Of a stretch of 64,000 nucleotides of DNA, positions 7,839 to 17,158 are shown in pieces. The DNA is from an uncultured Acidobacteriota bacterium. Lineage in GTDB: Bacteria; Acidobacteriota; Thermoanaerobaculia; Thermoanaerobaculales; Sulfomarinibacteraceae. The stretch covers positions 14,944 through 78,943 of the forward strand of contig CAVWAW010000023.1 in assembly GCA_963753035.1 (NCBI GenBank), read 5' to 3'. A program made the position numbers and the translations under genes. The first letter of the stretch is position 1; the number at the start of each line of letters is the position of its first letter. Under the pieces are notes generated by a model. The model was not told the DNA's origin. It worked only from the letters and a program-made list of their open reading frames with translations, and searched no databases.

Positions 7839-9392
7839 CTACCCCACTCGCCACACCGTGTCGATCACCGTGCCATCCACCCACTTGACGACGGCAACCG
7901 GTTCGTCCGATCGCGCGATCTTCTGGGGTACGCCACAGATCCGGTCGAGCTCCGCCTTGAGGTCCTCGATGGGTTTGATCGGCAGATCCGATCCGGCGAC
8001 GGCGTCGAGGAGATCCGTTCTTCTGGGATTGATGGCGATGCCGCGCTCGGTAACCACCACATCGATGAGTTCGCCGGGGCCGCACAGGGTCGTGACCTCG
8101 TCGACGATCACCGGAATCCGGTCCCTGAATGATGGAACCAAGAGCATGGCGCACCTGGCGGTGAGACAGTTCTGCCAGCCGCCGATCCCGTGCAGCAGTC
8201 GTCCGTCGGAGTGGGTGACGACATTGCCGTTGAACGCGAGATCGACCTCGGTGGCGCCGAGGACCGCGACATCGACCATGGAGGCGAAGTTGCCCTTGCC
8301 GTGGAAGTTGTACGAGGTGAAGGGCGAGGTGTTGACGTGGCGTGGATCGTCCCGGAGGGACTGCACCGCGTCCAAATCGAAGGTTTGCCCGTCGAGGATG
8401 TACTCGATGAGGCCCTCATCGAGCATTTCGACCATGTACTTGTTCGACCCGCCACGGGCAAACCGGGCGGTGATTCCGGCGGATCGCATGAGCTCGCGAA
8501 GATAGATGGCAAAGGCCAGGGTGGTTCCCCCGGCGCCGGCCTGAAAGGAAAAACCCGGTTTCATGATCCCGGCGTCGGCACAGAAGCGCGCTGCGAGTTC
8601 AGCGATCCTTCGCCGGTCAGGACTCTCGGTGATCCTCGTTGTGCCCGAGACGATCTGCTCCGGATCGCCGATGCAGTCCACCTCGACGACGACATCGATG
8701 TTGTTGCCCTGGATCTGCCAGGGCAGACAGGGAAACGGCACCAGATTGTCGGTGACGACGATGACCTTGTCAGCGTAGATGGAATCGCCAAGGGCAAAAC
8801 CGAGCAGCCCACAGCCCGCCGGTCCGCGATCACCGGTGGCATTGCCGAATGCATCGGCGGTGGGCGCGGCGATGACGGCGACATCGATGTGGATCTCGCC
8901 ATCCTGGATCGCCTGCCACCTTCCGCCGTGCGAACGCAGCACTCCGAGGCCGCGCATCTTGCCCGCCGAACAGTAGGCGCCGAGGGGCCCGTTCATGGAG
9001 CCCTCGATATGGTGGATCACACCGTTGTCGAGGTGGGAGATTTGATTGGCGTGGACCGGGAAGGACGCCGAGGGAAACCACACCAGATCGCGCCGGCCGA
9101 GCTCGGCCGCGGCATCGAAGACCATGTTCGCCACCGCATCGCCGTTGCGCAGGTGGTGGTGTGACGAGACGATCATACCGTCACTGAGGCCGACCCTCTC
9201 GAGCGCCTCCCTGATCGACCCCACCCGTTTGTCGCCATTCGCCGGGTAGTCGATACACGTGGCGATCGCCGGCGCCGTTTTGTGGCCGGTAGGACGATGC
9301 CCACCGACCCCGGCGTACGGAACCGCCTCACGACCGTTGACGACATCAGGAACCAAACGGCCAGCGGCGTTCCGGTTGAGCTTCAAACTCAT
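7839..9392 (-). CDS. citF: citrate lyase alpha subunit (citrate CoA-transferase)
   Basis: 517 aa with full-length resemblance to CitF (...[13 protein letters not shown]...GGHG-type segments). Adjacent to a citD/citE gene. Confidence 0.85.
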   Translation of the reverse strand: MSLKLNRNAAGRLVPDVVNGREAVPYAGVGGHRPTGHKTAPAIATCIDYPANGDKRVGSIREALERVGLSDGMIVSSHHHLRNGDAVANMVFDAAAELGRRDLVWFPSASFPVHANQISHLDNGVIHHIEGSMNGPLGAYCSAGKMRGLGVLRSHGGRWQAIQDGEIHIDVAVIAAPTADAFGNATGDRGPAGCGLLGFALGDSIYADKVIVVTDNLVPFPCLPWQIQGNNIDVVVEVDCIGDPEQIVSGTTRITESPDRRRIAELAARFCADAGIMKPGFSFQAGAGGTTLAFAIYLRELMRSAGITARFARGGSNKYMVEMLDEGLIEYILDGQTFDLDAVQSLRDDPRHVNTSPFTSYNFHGKGNFASMVDVAVLGATEVDLAFNGNVVTHSDGRLLHGIGGWQNCLTARCAMLLVPSFRDRIPVIVDEVTTLCGPGELIDVVVTERGIAINPRRTDLLDAVAGSDLPIKPIEDLKAELDRICGVPQKIARSDEPVAVVKWVDGTVIDTVWRVG

Positions 9393-9453
9393 AACCTCAA
9401 CCCTCGATCCTCAATTCATAATTCATAATTCATAATTGATAATTCTAAACGAC

Positions 9454-10659
9454 TTACACCTCATCGTCATCCCAGTCCGCTGCAAGCACGCCTCCCGCCA
9501 CAGCCAGCTCCACCGTCCTGAATGCCTGCTTCACCACCGGTGGATCGACCATCTTCGATCCCACGGCAACGGCCCCGAGCCCTCGCCGCTCGGCCTCCCG
9601 GGCGGCGCGAACGACTCTCACGGCTCTTTCGGCTTCCTTTTCGGTAGGAGTCATTTCGGCATGGACGACGGGGATCTGCCGCGGGTGGATGCACCCGACG
9701 CCGTCGAACCCGAGACCGCGTTCCCGCCGAACATAGTGGGCGAGGGCCGCCTCGTCCGAGATATCGGAAAAGACCGAGGCGATGGGCTGGACACCGGCGG
9801 CGCGGGCCGCATAGACCGTGGTCTGGCGCGCCGTGAAGCTCTCCCATCCGTCCTCGGTCCGCGGCGCACCGAGCTCGGCGGAGAGATCCTCGAGGCCGAG
9901 GGTCAGAGCAACGACGAGGTCATCGGCGGCGGCGATTGAGAAGGCGCGGTGGATTCCCAGCGGCGACTCGAGGATGGGCATGAGAAAAGGCGCCCCCTCT
10001 CCTGCGATCTCACGCAGCAGGGCCGCGGCCCGGCGCACCTGTTCCGGATCCTCGATCTTGGGCAGCAGCACGACGTGGGGGTTGTGGTGCGCGATTCGGC
10101 GCAGATCCTCGAGCCCGAGATCGCCCTGGTTGACCCGCACCATCCGCTCGGAAGCGCCCCAGTCGAGGGCGATCAATGCGTTTCTCACCAACAAGCGGGC
10201 CGCGTCCTTGTCGGCCGGCGTCACCGAGTCCTCGAGATCGAGAATGAGCCCATCCGCGCCGTAGAGACCGGCCGAGAGCATGAGCTTTGGACGATTACCG
10301 GGAAGATAGAGTCGGCTGCGACGCAGGCGTTCTCGCGCGGCCGGGGCCCCGGCCCCCGGGCACGCCTCGGGCAGGACCGCCGGACCTTCAGCGCCGGCCA
10401 ACCTGAGACACGTCTCGGTACGAGCCATGAGCACCCATTCGAGCGCGCCACGGTCAACCACTTCGAGCTGACCCGTGCTCACTCCGAGCCCAACCGCGAC
10501 CCGTCTCACGGCGACCTCGATGGAATCGCCGTAGAGATAGTCGACCTTGGACGAGATCTCGATGACGAGGCTGTCGGCGCCGGGCTCGTAATGCACATGG
10601 CAGTCGGAACGGACATCGTCTCCAAGGGGGCCGGCGGCCGCGGGGCGGAGGTCAGACAT
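9454..10659 (-). CDS. fused citrate lyase acyl-carrier (gamma, CitD-like) and beta (CitE, citryl-CoA lyase) subunits
   Basis: The N-terminal ~95 aa resemble CitD (AAGPLGDD..SLVIEISSKVDYLYGDSIE...VVDRGALEWVLMARTE). The remainder is HpcH/CitE-like (LYLPGNRPKLMLSAGLYGADGLILDLEDSV...). It is one uninterrupted ORF. Confidence 0.8.
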   Translation of the reverse strand: MSDLRPAAAGPLGDDVRSDCHVHYEPGADSLVIEISSKVDYLYGDSIEVAVRRVAVGLGVSTGQLEVVDRGALEWVLMARTETCLRLAGAEGPAVLPEACPGAGAPAARERLRRSRLYLPGNRPKLMLSAGLYGADGLILDLEDSVTPADKDAARLLVRNALIALDWGASERMVRVNQGDLGLEDLRRIAHHNPHVVLLPKIEDPEQVRRAAALLREIAGEGAPFLMPILESPLGIHRAFSIAAADDLVVALTLGLEDLSAELGAPRTEDGWESFTARQTTVYAARAAGVQPIASVFSDISDEAALAHYVRRERGLGFDGVGCIHPRQIPVVHAEMTPTEKEAERAVRVVRAAREAERRGLGAVAVGSKMVDPPVVKQAFRTVELAVAGGVLAADWDDDEV

Positions 10660-10723
10660 GGAGACAGCCTCTCTGATCGGATCGCAGCATCCGACCCGTC
10701 GGGATCGGGATCGGAGGTTCGCA

Positions 10724-11908
10724 TCACAGCTTGGCGATAATGGCGTCGGTCATCTGAACCGTGGTGGCGGCGCCATCGGCAATGGCCTGCGGACCGCCGC
10801 GCAGTTTGAGCATGTCGTAGCACCGGGTCTGACCATCGGCAACAACAGCTGCGACTGCGTCGCGGACCCTGCCCGCAATCTCGGTCTCACCGAGCCAGTC
10901 GAGCATCATGACCGCCGAGAGAACCATGGCGATGGGGTTGACGATGGAGGGGTCGAGTTCGGCATACTTGGGGGCCGAACCGTGGGTCGGTTCGAAAACC
11001 CCGACATCGACACCGAGGTTGGCCGACGCGGCGAAACCCAACCCGCCGACGAGACCGGCAAAGCCATCCGAGATGATGTCGCCGAACATGTTGCCGGCGA
11101 CGATGACGCCATAGTCCTCTGGATTCTTGGTCAGCCACATCATCTGGGCATCGATGTTGGTGTCCCAGAGGGCGATCTCCGGGTAGCGCTGCTGCGCCCT
11201 GCGACCCTCATCCAGCATCATCCCTGAGGTCTCACGGATGACGTTGGGCTTCTCGCAGACGGTGACCGACGAGTAGCCGTGCTTGGCCGCGTAGGCGAAG
11301 GCCTGCTCGCAGATCCGACGGCATTTGGCGCGGGTGAAAATTCGAGTTGAGACCGCAAGATCCTCGCGAGGAACATCGCGAAATGCCTTGAATCTCGGAT
11401 GGGTGTTCAGCGCATCCCAGACCTGCTCCGGCGGGTTGGTCCACTCGACGCCTCCATAGAGCCCCTCGGTGTTCTGCCGGAAGATCACCGCGTTGACCCG
11501 GGGCTCTTCCACGCCGCCGTCGGCGGCACGGCGAATAAAGTTCAACGGGTTGCCCGGGAAGGTGATGCAGGGCCGAATGGACACATCGAGGTCAAAGCGT
11601 TGGCGCAGACCAACGATGGGCGAGTAGTAGACATGGCCCTGGTCCCTGAGTTCGGGGTTCAGTTCACTCGCGGCCGCGTCCTTGGGTTTGGAGGTAATGG
11701 CGCCGAAGAGCGCGACCTTGTGTTCGGCGATGAGATCGATGGTCCTCTGGGGCAGGGGGTTGCCCTCGCTCTTCCAGAATTCCCAACCGATATCGGCCGA
11801 GATCCAATTCGCCTCGAATCCCGCCTCCTCGAGTACCCGTACGGACTCCGGAAGTACCGCCTGACCGATTCCGTCTCCCGGCATCACCACCACATTACGT
11901 CGAGCCAT
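10724..11908 (-). CDS. isocitrate/isopropylmalate dehydrogenase family protein (probable isocitrate dehydrogenase)
   Basis: Start at MARRNVVVMPGDGIG (ATG 11908, GGAGG upstream). Family motifs NMFGDIISD and GSAPKYA are present. The 490-aa track ORF has a spurious N-terminal extension. Confidence 0.85.
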   Translation of the reverse strand: MARRNVVVMPGDGIGQAVLPESVRVLEEAGFEANWISADIGWEFWKSEGNPLPQRTIDLIAEHKVALFGAITSKPKDAAASELNPELRDQGHVYYSPIVGLRQRFDLDVSIRPCITFPGNPLNFIRRAADGGVEEPRVNAVIFRQNTEGLYGGVEWTNPPEQVWDALNTHPRFKAFRDVPREDLAVSTRIFTRAKCRRICEQAFAYAAKHGYSSVTVCEKPNVIRETSGMMLDEGRRAQQRYPEIALWDTNIDAQMMWLTKNPEDYGVIVAGNMFGDIISDGFAGLVGGLGFAASANLGVDVGVFEPTHGSAPKYAELDPSIVNPIAMVLSAVMMLDWLGETEIAGRVRDAVAAVVADGQTRCYDMLKLRGGPQAIADGAATTVQMTDAIIAKL

Positions 11909-12029
11909 ATCTTCATCCTCCCTCGTTCTCAGCTGATCGCAGCACACAATATCCAACCGGTGGACGAATTCCAAGAGCTTCTTTGCCGGGAGATCATTCT
12001 CTGCGTGCGCGAGCGCGCCCAACCAATCG

Positions 12030-13616
12030 TCAGGGATCCACCACCAACGGGTTGGTCGAGAGGTACTCGGCGTCGATCGCCTCGATGACAACCGAGCCCT
12101 CCATGTACTGCGCCAGCGGTAATCCCAGCAGATAACAGACGGTGGGAACAACATCCGGCAGCGCAATATCCTGGTACTGCCTGCCGCTGACCACACCTCG
12201 ACCGACCACCATCATCACCCCGTCCCAACACCGGTCACCCGAGGTGCGCCAGTCGTCTCCGATGCCGAAGAGCCGCCGCAGACGCTCGTAGGAGCTTGGT
12301 GGCGAGAGGCCATTGGGCGAAACGAGGACGATGAGCGCGTCGGGCGGGGCCGCCACCAGCAGCCGACCCAGTTGGTTGTCCAACAGCTCCATCAGCAGCT
12401 CCACCACCTCTCGTTCACCGGTGTGACGTGGTTTGAGGGGCTCGAGCAACTGCCGCGTCTCCGCCAGGGCACGGAGGTGGACCCAGAGGCTTGTGGTTCC
12501 CGAGCCGAGGGTCTGCACCGCCCGGTCCACCCTCGCCTGATCGCGGTTGATGGCCGACCACACATCCTGACCCTCGGCGGGAAACCCTTCGAGGGCGGTC
12601 TCGAGGGCCGAATTGAGTCCGTCATCGAGGCCAAGGGGGGTGGGACCAAAATCGACATCGGTAACACCGGAGCGGGCCTCCCAGAAACCCGGCCACCCGA
12701 TGACCTCGGTTGTCACACCGGAGATCCGCATCCGCTCCCACAGCGCGGGAACGCTTGCCGGCGGGGGAGTGACCCGCCGAGCCAAGGACCAGGGCAGAAT
12801 CAATCGCGACCCCTGTGGTGTCCATGGCATCAGTCGCAGCGTGTCCTCGAGCCACGGCAGATCCCAGCCCCAGTGGGCCTTGACGCCATGGGCGCCGGGG
12901 TAGGTACCGGTGGCGACGGATGTCCAGTACGATTGCCTCAGATACGGTTCATACGGCTCGGTCGTTCCCCAAGAACCCTCATTCATGAACCGCGTGAGGG
13001 CCGGTGTGCGCCCGCCCCCGGAGTGGGTGAGAAGAACCGGGACATCGAGGCCTTCCACTCCGATCATGAGCAGAGGTCGGGCGGGGGAACCGATCGGTCC
13101 CGCGACCAGCGCCAGGGGCTGCGCCGAGGTCGTCGGTCTGACCACGAGCCGGCCGGCCGGAAGCAGGATCATCATCAACGCGAAGGCGATCCTCCACTGC
13201 GCCCCAGCTTTGGTACGGCGCAGCGCCGAGCCGACCACCAGGGCGAGCGCCGCCCCCAGGAACCAGGCCACCGCGTCCTGCAGGACCACCCTGCGCGCCG
13301 TGTCGGACAGCAGGTGGAGGTGAAGGTCTGCATTCACCCACCCAAGGACGCCGGCGAACAGGTAGACGACCGCCAGCAGCGCCGGCGCCGGCCAGGAGCG
13401 GCTCGCCGGTCGCAGTCGGCGGTGCAGCATCTGGAACAGCACCACCGGAACTCCCGCGATGAGCGCGCCCCAGCTCGCCCACAAAACCGCCCCGATGGCG
13501 ATGGCGCCCAGAGGCTGAGCCACCTCCGGATTGACTCGCATCACCAGGGCCTCGGCGAGGACACCTGCGGTCGCCCCGGTCACGAGGCCGTGGATCCAAA
13601 ATCGATCGTGTTTCAC
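12030..13616 (-). CDS. polytopic membrane protein with alkaline-phosphatase-superfamily (type I phosphodiesterase/nucleotide pyrophosphatase-like) domain
   Basis: About 5 N-terminal TM helices, then LLMIGVEGLD and TGTYPGAHGV motifs typical of the phosphodiesterase/NPP family. Confidence 0.65.
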   Translation of the reverse strand: MKHDRFWIHGLVTGATAGVLAEALVMRVNPEVAQPLGAIAIGAVLWASWGALIAGVPVVLFQMLHRRLRPASRSWPAPALLAVVYLFAGVLGWVNADLHLHLLSDTARRVVLQDAVAWFLGAALALVVGSALRRTKAGAQWRIAFALMMILLPAGRLVVRPTTSAQPLALVAGPIGSPARPLLMIGVEGLDVPVLLTHSGGGRTPALTRFMNEGSWGTTEPYEPYLRQSYWTSVATGTYPGAHGVKAHWGWDLPWLEDTLRLMPWTPQGSRLILPWSLARRVTPPPASVPALWERMRISGVTTEVIGWPGFWEARSGVTDVDFGPTPLGLDDGLNSALETALEGFPAEGQDVWSAINRDQARVDRAVQTLGSGTTSLWVHLRALAETRQLLEPLKPRHTGEREVVELLMELLDNQLGRLLVAAPPDALIVLVSPNGLSPPSSYERLRRLFGIGDDWRTSGDRCWDGVMMVVGRGVVSGRQYQDIALPDVVPTVCYLLGLPLAQYMEGSVVIEAIDAEYLSTNPLVVDP

Positions 13617-13710
13617 AGGGGCATGGTACCGCGAACAGGTCGCAGATCGCAGACCACACAGATGGAATCAGATTCCATTTCAATCCACAGCATTAGCCAG
13701 CGAGAGTGCC

Positions 13711-13965
13711 CAATGAAACCGCAAAGACGCGGAGTGCGCGAAGATCCCACAAAGTCGAACGATCGATCCGGGCTCCCTCTGATCTCCATCGCAAGACCAT
13801 TCAGACTCTTTGCGATGGATCAAAGAGACGTCTTGGCGGCAGCTTTGCGATCCTGGCGTCTTCGCGGTTCCATTGTCCGCATCGGTCCAGATCGTCGATC
13901 AACGAAGTCAACGATCGCTGAAGCTGGGTTCGGATCTGTGTCAATCTGTGTGATCTGTGGGTGCG
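13711..13965. repeat. long imperfect hairpin repeat (family 3) plus ATCTGTGT short tandem repeats
   Basis: Outer arms are CAATGAAACCGCAAAGACGC.. (13711-13755) and ..GCGTCTTCGCGGTTCCATTG (13843-13875). Inner hairpin is CCATCGCAA/TTGCGATGG (13787-13819). Tail is ATCTGTGTCAATCTGTGTGATCTGTG (13934-13959). Related to 19816-19985. Confidence 0.7.
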
Positions 13966-14031
13966 GCGGGACGGGTTCCACGGACCCAGGTACACTCCAG
14001 CTGAAGCGCTCTACCTACAGGGGGGGTTCCC

Positions 14032-14736
14032 ATGTCCGACCACCGAGACAAACTCTGCGTGGCGCTCGACGGCAGCGACCGGGCCTGGATCACCTCGACC
14101 GCACGGAGGCTCGCTCCCCATGTCGGCTGGCTCAAACTGGGTCTCGAGGCCTTGACCGCCTTTGGTCCGGATCTGGTGCGGGAAGTGGCCGGGCTCGGGA
14201 CCCGCGTCTTCTTCGACATCAAGCTGCACGACATCCCCAACACCGTTCGCCACGCGGCGGCGAACTGCGCCGCCACCGGCGCCGCCATGTTCAACGTTCA
14301 CGCCTCGGGCGGTCGGGCCATGCTCAGAGCGGCCCTCGAGGGTGCGGCCAATGGTTCGCCCTCGGTCCCGCCCAAGGTGCTCGCGGTGACCGTCCTCACG
14401 AGCCTCGATCAGGAGGCACTGACCGAGTTGGGGCTGGAACATGCGCCTGAGGAGTTGGTGCTGCGCTGGGCCCGCCTCGCACGGGAGGTCGGGTTGGACG
14501 GTGTCGTGGCTTCGGCGCACGAAGCTTGGGCCATACGGCGCGAGTGCGGCCCCGATTTTCTCATCGTGACACCGGGGATCCGCCCGATGTGGAGCGTGAC
14601 CGGCGATCAACGGCGGGTCATGACCCCCGCCGACGCTCATCGAGCGGGGGCCGACATCCTGGTTATTGGAAGACCGATCACGGGCGCCGACTCTCCAGAG
14701 GAGGCCGCGGCCCGAATTCTCGACGAGATCGGTTGA
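14032..14736 (+). CDS. pyrF: orotidine 5'-phosphate decarboxylase
   Basis: DKLCVALDGSD...FFDIKLHDIPNTV...VTPGIRP motifs. Confidence 0.92.
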   Translation: MSDHRDKLCVALDGSDRAWITSTARRLAPHVGWLKLGLEALTAFGPDLVREVAGLGTRVFFDIKLHDIPNTVRHAAANCAATGAAMFNVHASGGRAMLRAALEGAANGSPSVPPKVLAVTVLTSLDQEALTELGLEHAPEELVLRWARLAREVGLDGVVASAHEAWAIRRECGPDFLIVTPGIRPMWSVTGDQRRVMTPADAHRAGADILVIGRPITGADSPEEAAARILDEIG

Positions 14737-14811
14737 ACGCCGGTCAACTCACCCGAGAAAGAACGGCAAACCGGTTGCGGGCCAGAGCCCTCGCAGAAAA
14801 CCAGAGTCCTC

Positions 14812-15180
14812 CTAGAAAATCGGTCTTTCCAGCCGGATCTCCTGGGGCCGGACCCAGACATAGCCCGGTAGGCGAACCACTTGATCAAAATGAACATAGA
14901 TCTTGATTCGTCTGTCGTTCCGGTCGATCTCGACGTTCTTCTCTGGAAGATCGAAATCGAGGTCTTTGGCTTTGTCGAGGATATCTCGTTTGATTCTCTG
15001 GTTGTTGTACTCACGGCGATTGGCGCGGTCTGCGAGCTCGGTAATTCGTTTCTCAAAATCACCGAGCTTGAGCTGCGCGGGGATCACGTTCATGGCGAAG
15101 ATCGCAATCAGCACCAGGACCACAAAACCGAGCAAGCAGCCGACCGGCACATCCCCGCGTTGGTTCTTCCAGACAGTCAT
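14812..15180 (-). CDS. small N-terminally anchored membrane protein downstream of lepB (possibly DUF4845-like)
   Basis: Start at MTVWKNQRG (ATG 15180, GGAGG upstream). One TM helix (CLLGFVVLVLIAIFAMNVI). The position after lepB resembles that of DUF4845 genes in other diderms. The family assignment is from memory only. Confidence 0.5.
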   Translation of the reverse strand: MTVWKNQRGDVPVGCLLGFVVLVLIAIFAMNVIPAQLKLGDFEKRITELADRANRREYNNQRIKRDILDKAKDLDFDLPEKNVEIDRNDRRIKIYVHFDQVVRLPGYVWVRPQEIRLERPIF

Positions 15181-15278
15181 TGCTCCTCCATCGCCGATAT
15201 CGATCTCATCATACCATCGGTTGGAGCCCTCATTCCGGGTGAGATCAACGCGCAATCGACCGCCCCGGAAAGGGTTTC

Positions 15279-15971
15279 TCACCTGATCAGACGAAACTCT
15301 CGTTCCCACCGGGTCTTGGTGAAGAAATGGACGAATACATCGGCCAACTGTTTGAAGCGATGGCCGAAACTGCGCCACTCTCCATCCGATGGCTGGGCAT
15401 CGAACGACCAGTAGATGAGCAACGCCCTCCCCTTGAGGTTCTCCACTGGAACCGGTCCCCAGAATCGCGAGTCCGAGGAGTTGTCACGGTTGTCCCCCAT
15501 GCAGAAGACGGTTCCCGGTGGGACCAGGTATGGACCGAAGTTGTCCCTTGGGCGCCTGCTCGATCGTACCGACGGCTGATTCGGGGCCATACTGGTGTCC
15601 TTGTGGACCACGTACGGTTCATCCTGCGCCTCGCCGTTGATGAAGAGCGTCTTGTTGCGGACCTCCACCGTATCGCCCGCGAGAGCGACGCAGCGTTTGA
15701 TGAAATCACGGCGCGGATCGACCGGATATTTGAAGACCACGACATCGCCGCGCCTGGGGTTGCGGTATGGCAGCAGATTGTGGAGTAGGGTGTCGAAGTT
15801 CTCTGAAAAAATGAATTTGTTGACGACCAGATGATCGCCCACGAGGAGTCCGTTTTCCATGGATCGCGATGGAATCTTGAAGTTCTCGAACACAAAGGTG
15901 CGGACGAAAAGCGCCAGAATGAAGGCGACCAAGATGGCCTCGTAATACTCTCGATAAACGGATTTGCTCAT
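15279..15971 (-). CDS. lepB: signal peptidase I
   Basis: Catalytic Ser box IPSRSMENGLLVGD, Lys box (KRCVALAGD) and the GDNRDNSSDSRFWG motif. Confidence 0.93.
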   Translation of the reverse strand: MSKSVYREYYEAILVAFILALFVRTFVFENFKIPSRSMENGLLVGDHLVVNKFIFSENFDTLLHNLLPYRNPRRGDVVVFKYPVDPRRDFIKRCVALAGDTVEVRNKTLFINGEAQDEPYVVHKDTSMAPNQPSVRSSRRPRDNFGPYLVPPGTVFCMGDNRDNSSDSRFWGPVPVENLKGRALLIYWSFDAQPSDGEWRSFGHRFKQLADVFVHFFTKTRWEREFRLIR

Positions 15972-15992
15972 CTTTCTCCTCGGGCGCCCATC

Positions 15993-17081
15993 CTATCGAA
16001 CCCCATCGGCGACTGAAAGCTTCCGCATCCCCGGAGGCTGCCAGGCTCGGCGCGCGCGGGCATCGAGACGGCGCGGATCGGCGGTCGACCCCCCGGCGTG
16101 GGCGAGCTGACCGGAACGCCCGATCATAGCAGCGTTGTCGGTGGTGAGCGCCACCGGCGGGAGCAGGACCTCCACACCCAGGCTCTCTCCGAGTGCGGAA
16201 AGCCGGCTGCGCAAAAGTGTGTTGGCGGCGACACCGCCGGAAGCGGTCATGATCTGCGGCTGGTGCTCATCAACGAGCGCAGCCGCCGGCGCCAGGAGTT
16301 GATCCACCACCGCGAGCTCGAATGAAGCCAGGAGATCGCAGACCTCCTGCGACGGATCGCCGGCTTTGGATCGGTCGAGGCCGTTATCGCGGATGTATCT
16401 GATGGCGGCCGACTTCAGACCCGAGAAGGAGAAATCAACCGGCGCCCCATGGATTCGAGGCCGAGGAAGGCTGACGGCGGCGGGATCACCACTGCGCGCC
16501 AGGCGGTCCACCACCGGCCCGCCGGGATACGGCAATCCCAACGCCGAAGCCACCTTGTCGAAGCTCTCGCCGGCCGCGTCATCACGGGTCCGGCCCAAAC
16601 GGCGCGCCTCGCCATCGAGGAGGAGGTACCAACTCGAATGCCCTCCGGATGCCACGAGCGCCAGCACTCTCTCCGGCATGGGACGCGCCGGGCCGCCGCC
16701 GAGATCGAGAAACGGCGAGACGAGGTGCCCGTGCAGGTGATCCACCGCCACCAGCGGTAGATCGCGGGCCCAGGCATAGGCGGCGGCGAATCGCACCCCG
16801 ACCAGGAGGGCGCCAACGAGACCCGGCCCCGCCGTCACGGCCACGAGACCGAGATCGGGCCCGGCCGCGTCCCTCGCCCGCTGGACCAGAAGCGGGAGCG
16901 CTTTGAGGTGTTCACGCGAAGCGAGTTCGGGCACGACGCCGCCAAAGGGCGCGTGAGTCGTGATTTGGCTCGCAAGTTCGTTGGCCACTACCCGCCCGTC
17001 GCCGTCGAGGACGGCCACGGCCGTCTCATCGCACGAGGTTTCGATGGCGAGGGTGCGCAGAAGAGGGAGACAGTCAGTCAT
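15993..17081 (-). CDS. tsaD: tRNA N6-adenosine threonylcarbamoyltransferase
   Basis: LAIETSCDETAVAV...HLHGHL...GGVAAN motifs of TsaD/Kae1. Confidence 0.93.
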   Translation of the reverse strand: MTDCLPLLRTLAIETSCDETAVAVLDGDGRVVANELASQITTHAPFGGVVPELASREHLKALPLLVQRARDAAGPDLGLVAVTAGPGLVGALLVGVRFAAAYAWARDLPLVAVDHLHGHLVSPFLDLGGGPARPMPERVLALVASGGHSSWYLLLDGEARRLGRTRDDAAGESFDKVASALGLPYPGGPVVDRLARSGDPAAVSLPRPRIHGAPVDFSFSGLKSAAIRYIRDNGLDRSKAGDPSQEVCDLLASFELAVVDQLLAPAAALVDEHQPQIMTASGGVAANTLLRSRLSALGESLGVEVLLPPVALTTDNAAMIGRSGQLAHAGGSTADPRRLDARARRAWQPPGMRKLSVADGVR

Positions 17082-17101
17082 GAGGGATCAGTATGGCAGA
17101 C

Positions 17102-17131
17102 ACAACGGGGAGGCTGTCGCCTCCCCGTTGT
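17102..17131 (-). terminator. 13-bp GC-rich hairpin between the DUF1573 gene and tsaD
   Basis: ACAACGGGGAGGC-tgtc-GCCTCCCCGTTGT. There is no clear U-tract on the minus strand, so its function as a terminator is uncertain. Confidence 0.4.
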
Positions 17132-17158
17132 TTCGGAAGCCTGGAAGGAGCTTCGTTT

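Noticed and set aside
7648-8154. The upstream 169 codons of the 235-aa ORF that contains rpmE.
   Set aside because: The sequence is Arg-rich nonsense overlapping the 3' end of citF. L31 begins at MKAGIHPEY, which has its own RBS.
12372-14450. 692-aa plus-strand ORF. Similar long antisense ORFs lie at 812-2161, 8190-9164, 27095-28681, 29293-30597, 33509-34921, 38720-39610, 43519-44418 and 56527-58164.
   Set aside because: All lie opposite to, or out of frame with, genes that have strong family signatures. Their composition is low-complexity and Arg/Gly/Pro-rich. Several also run across intergenic repeats.
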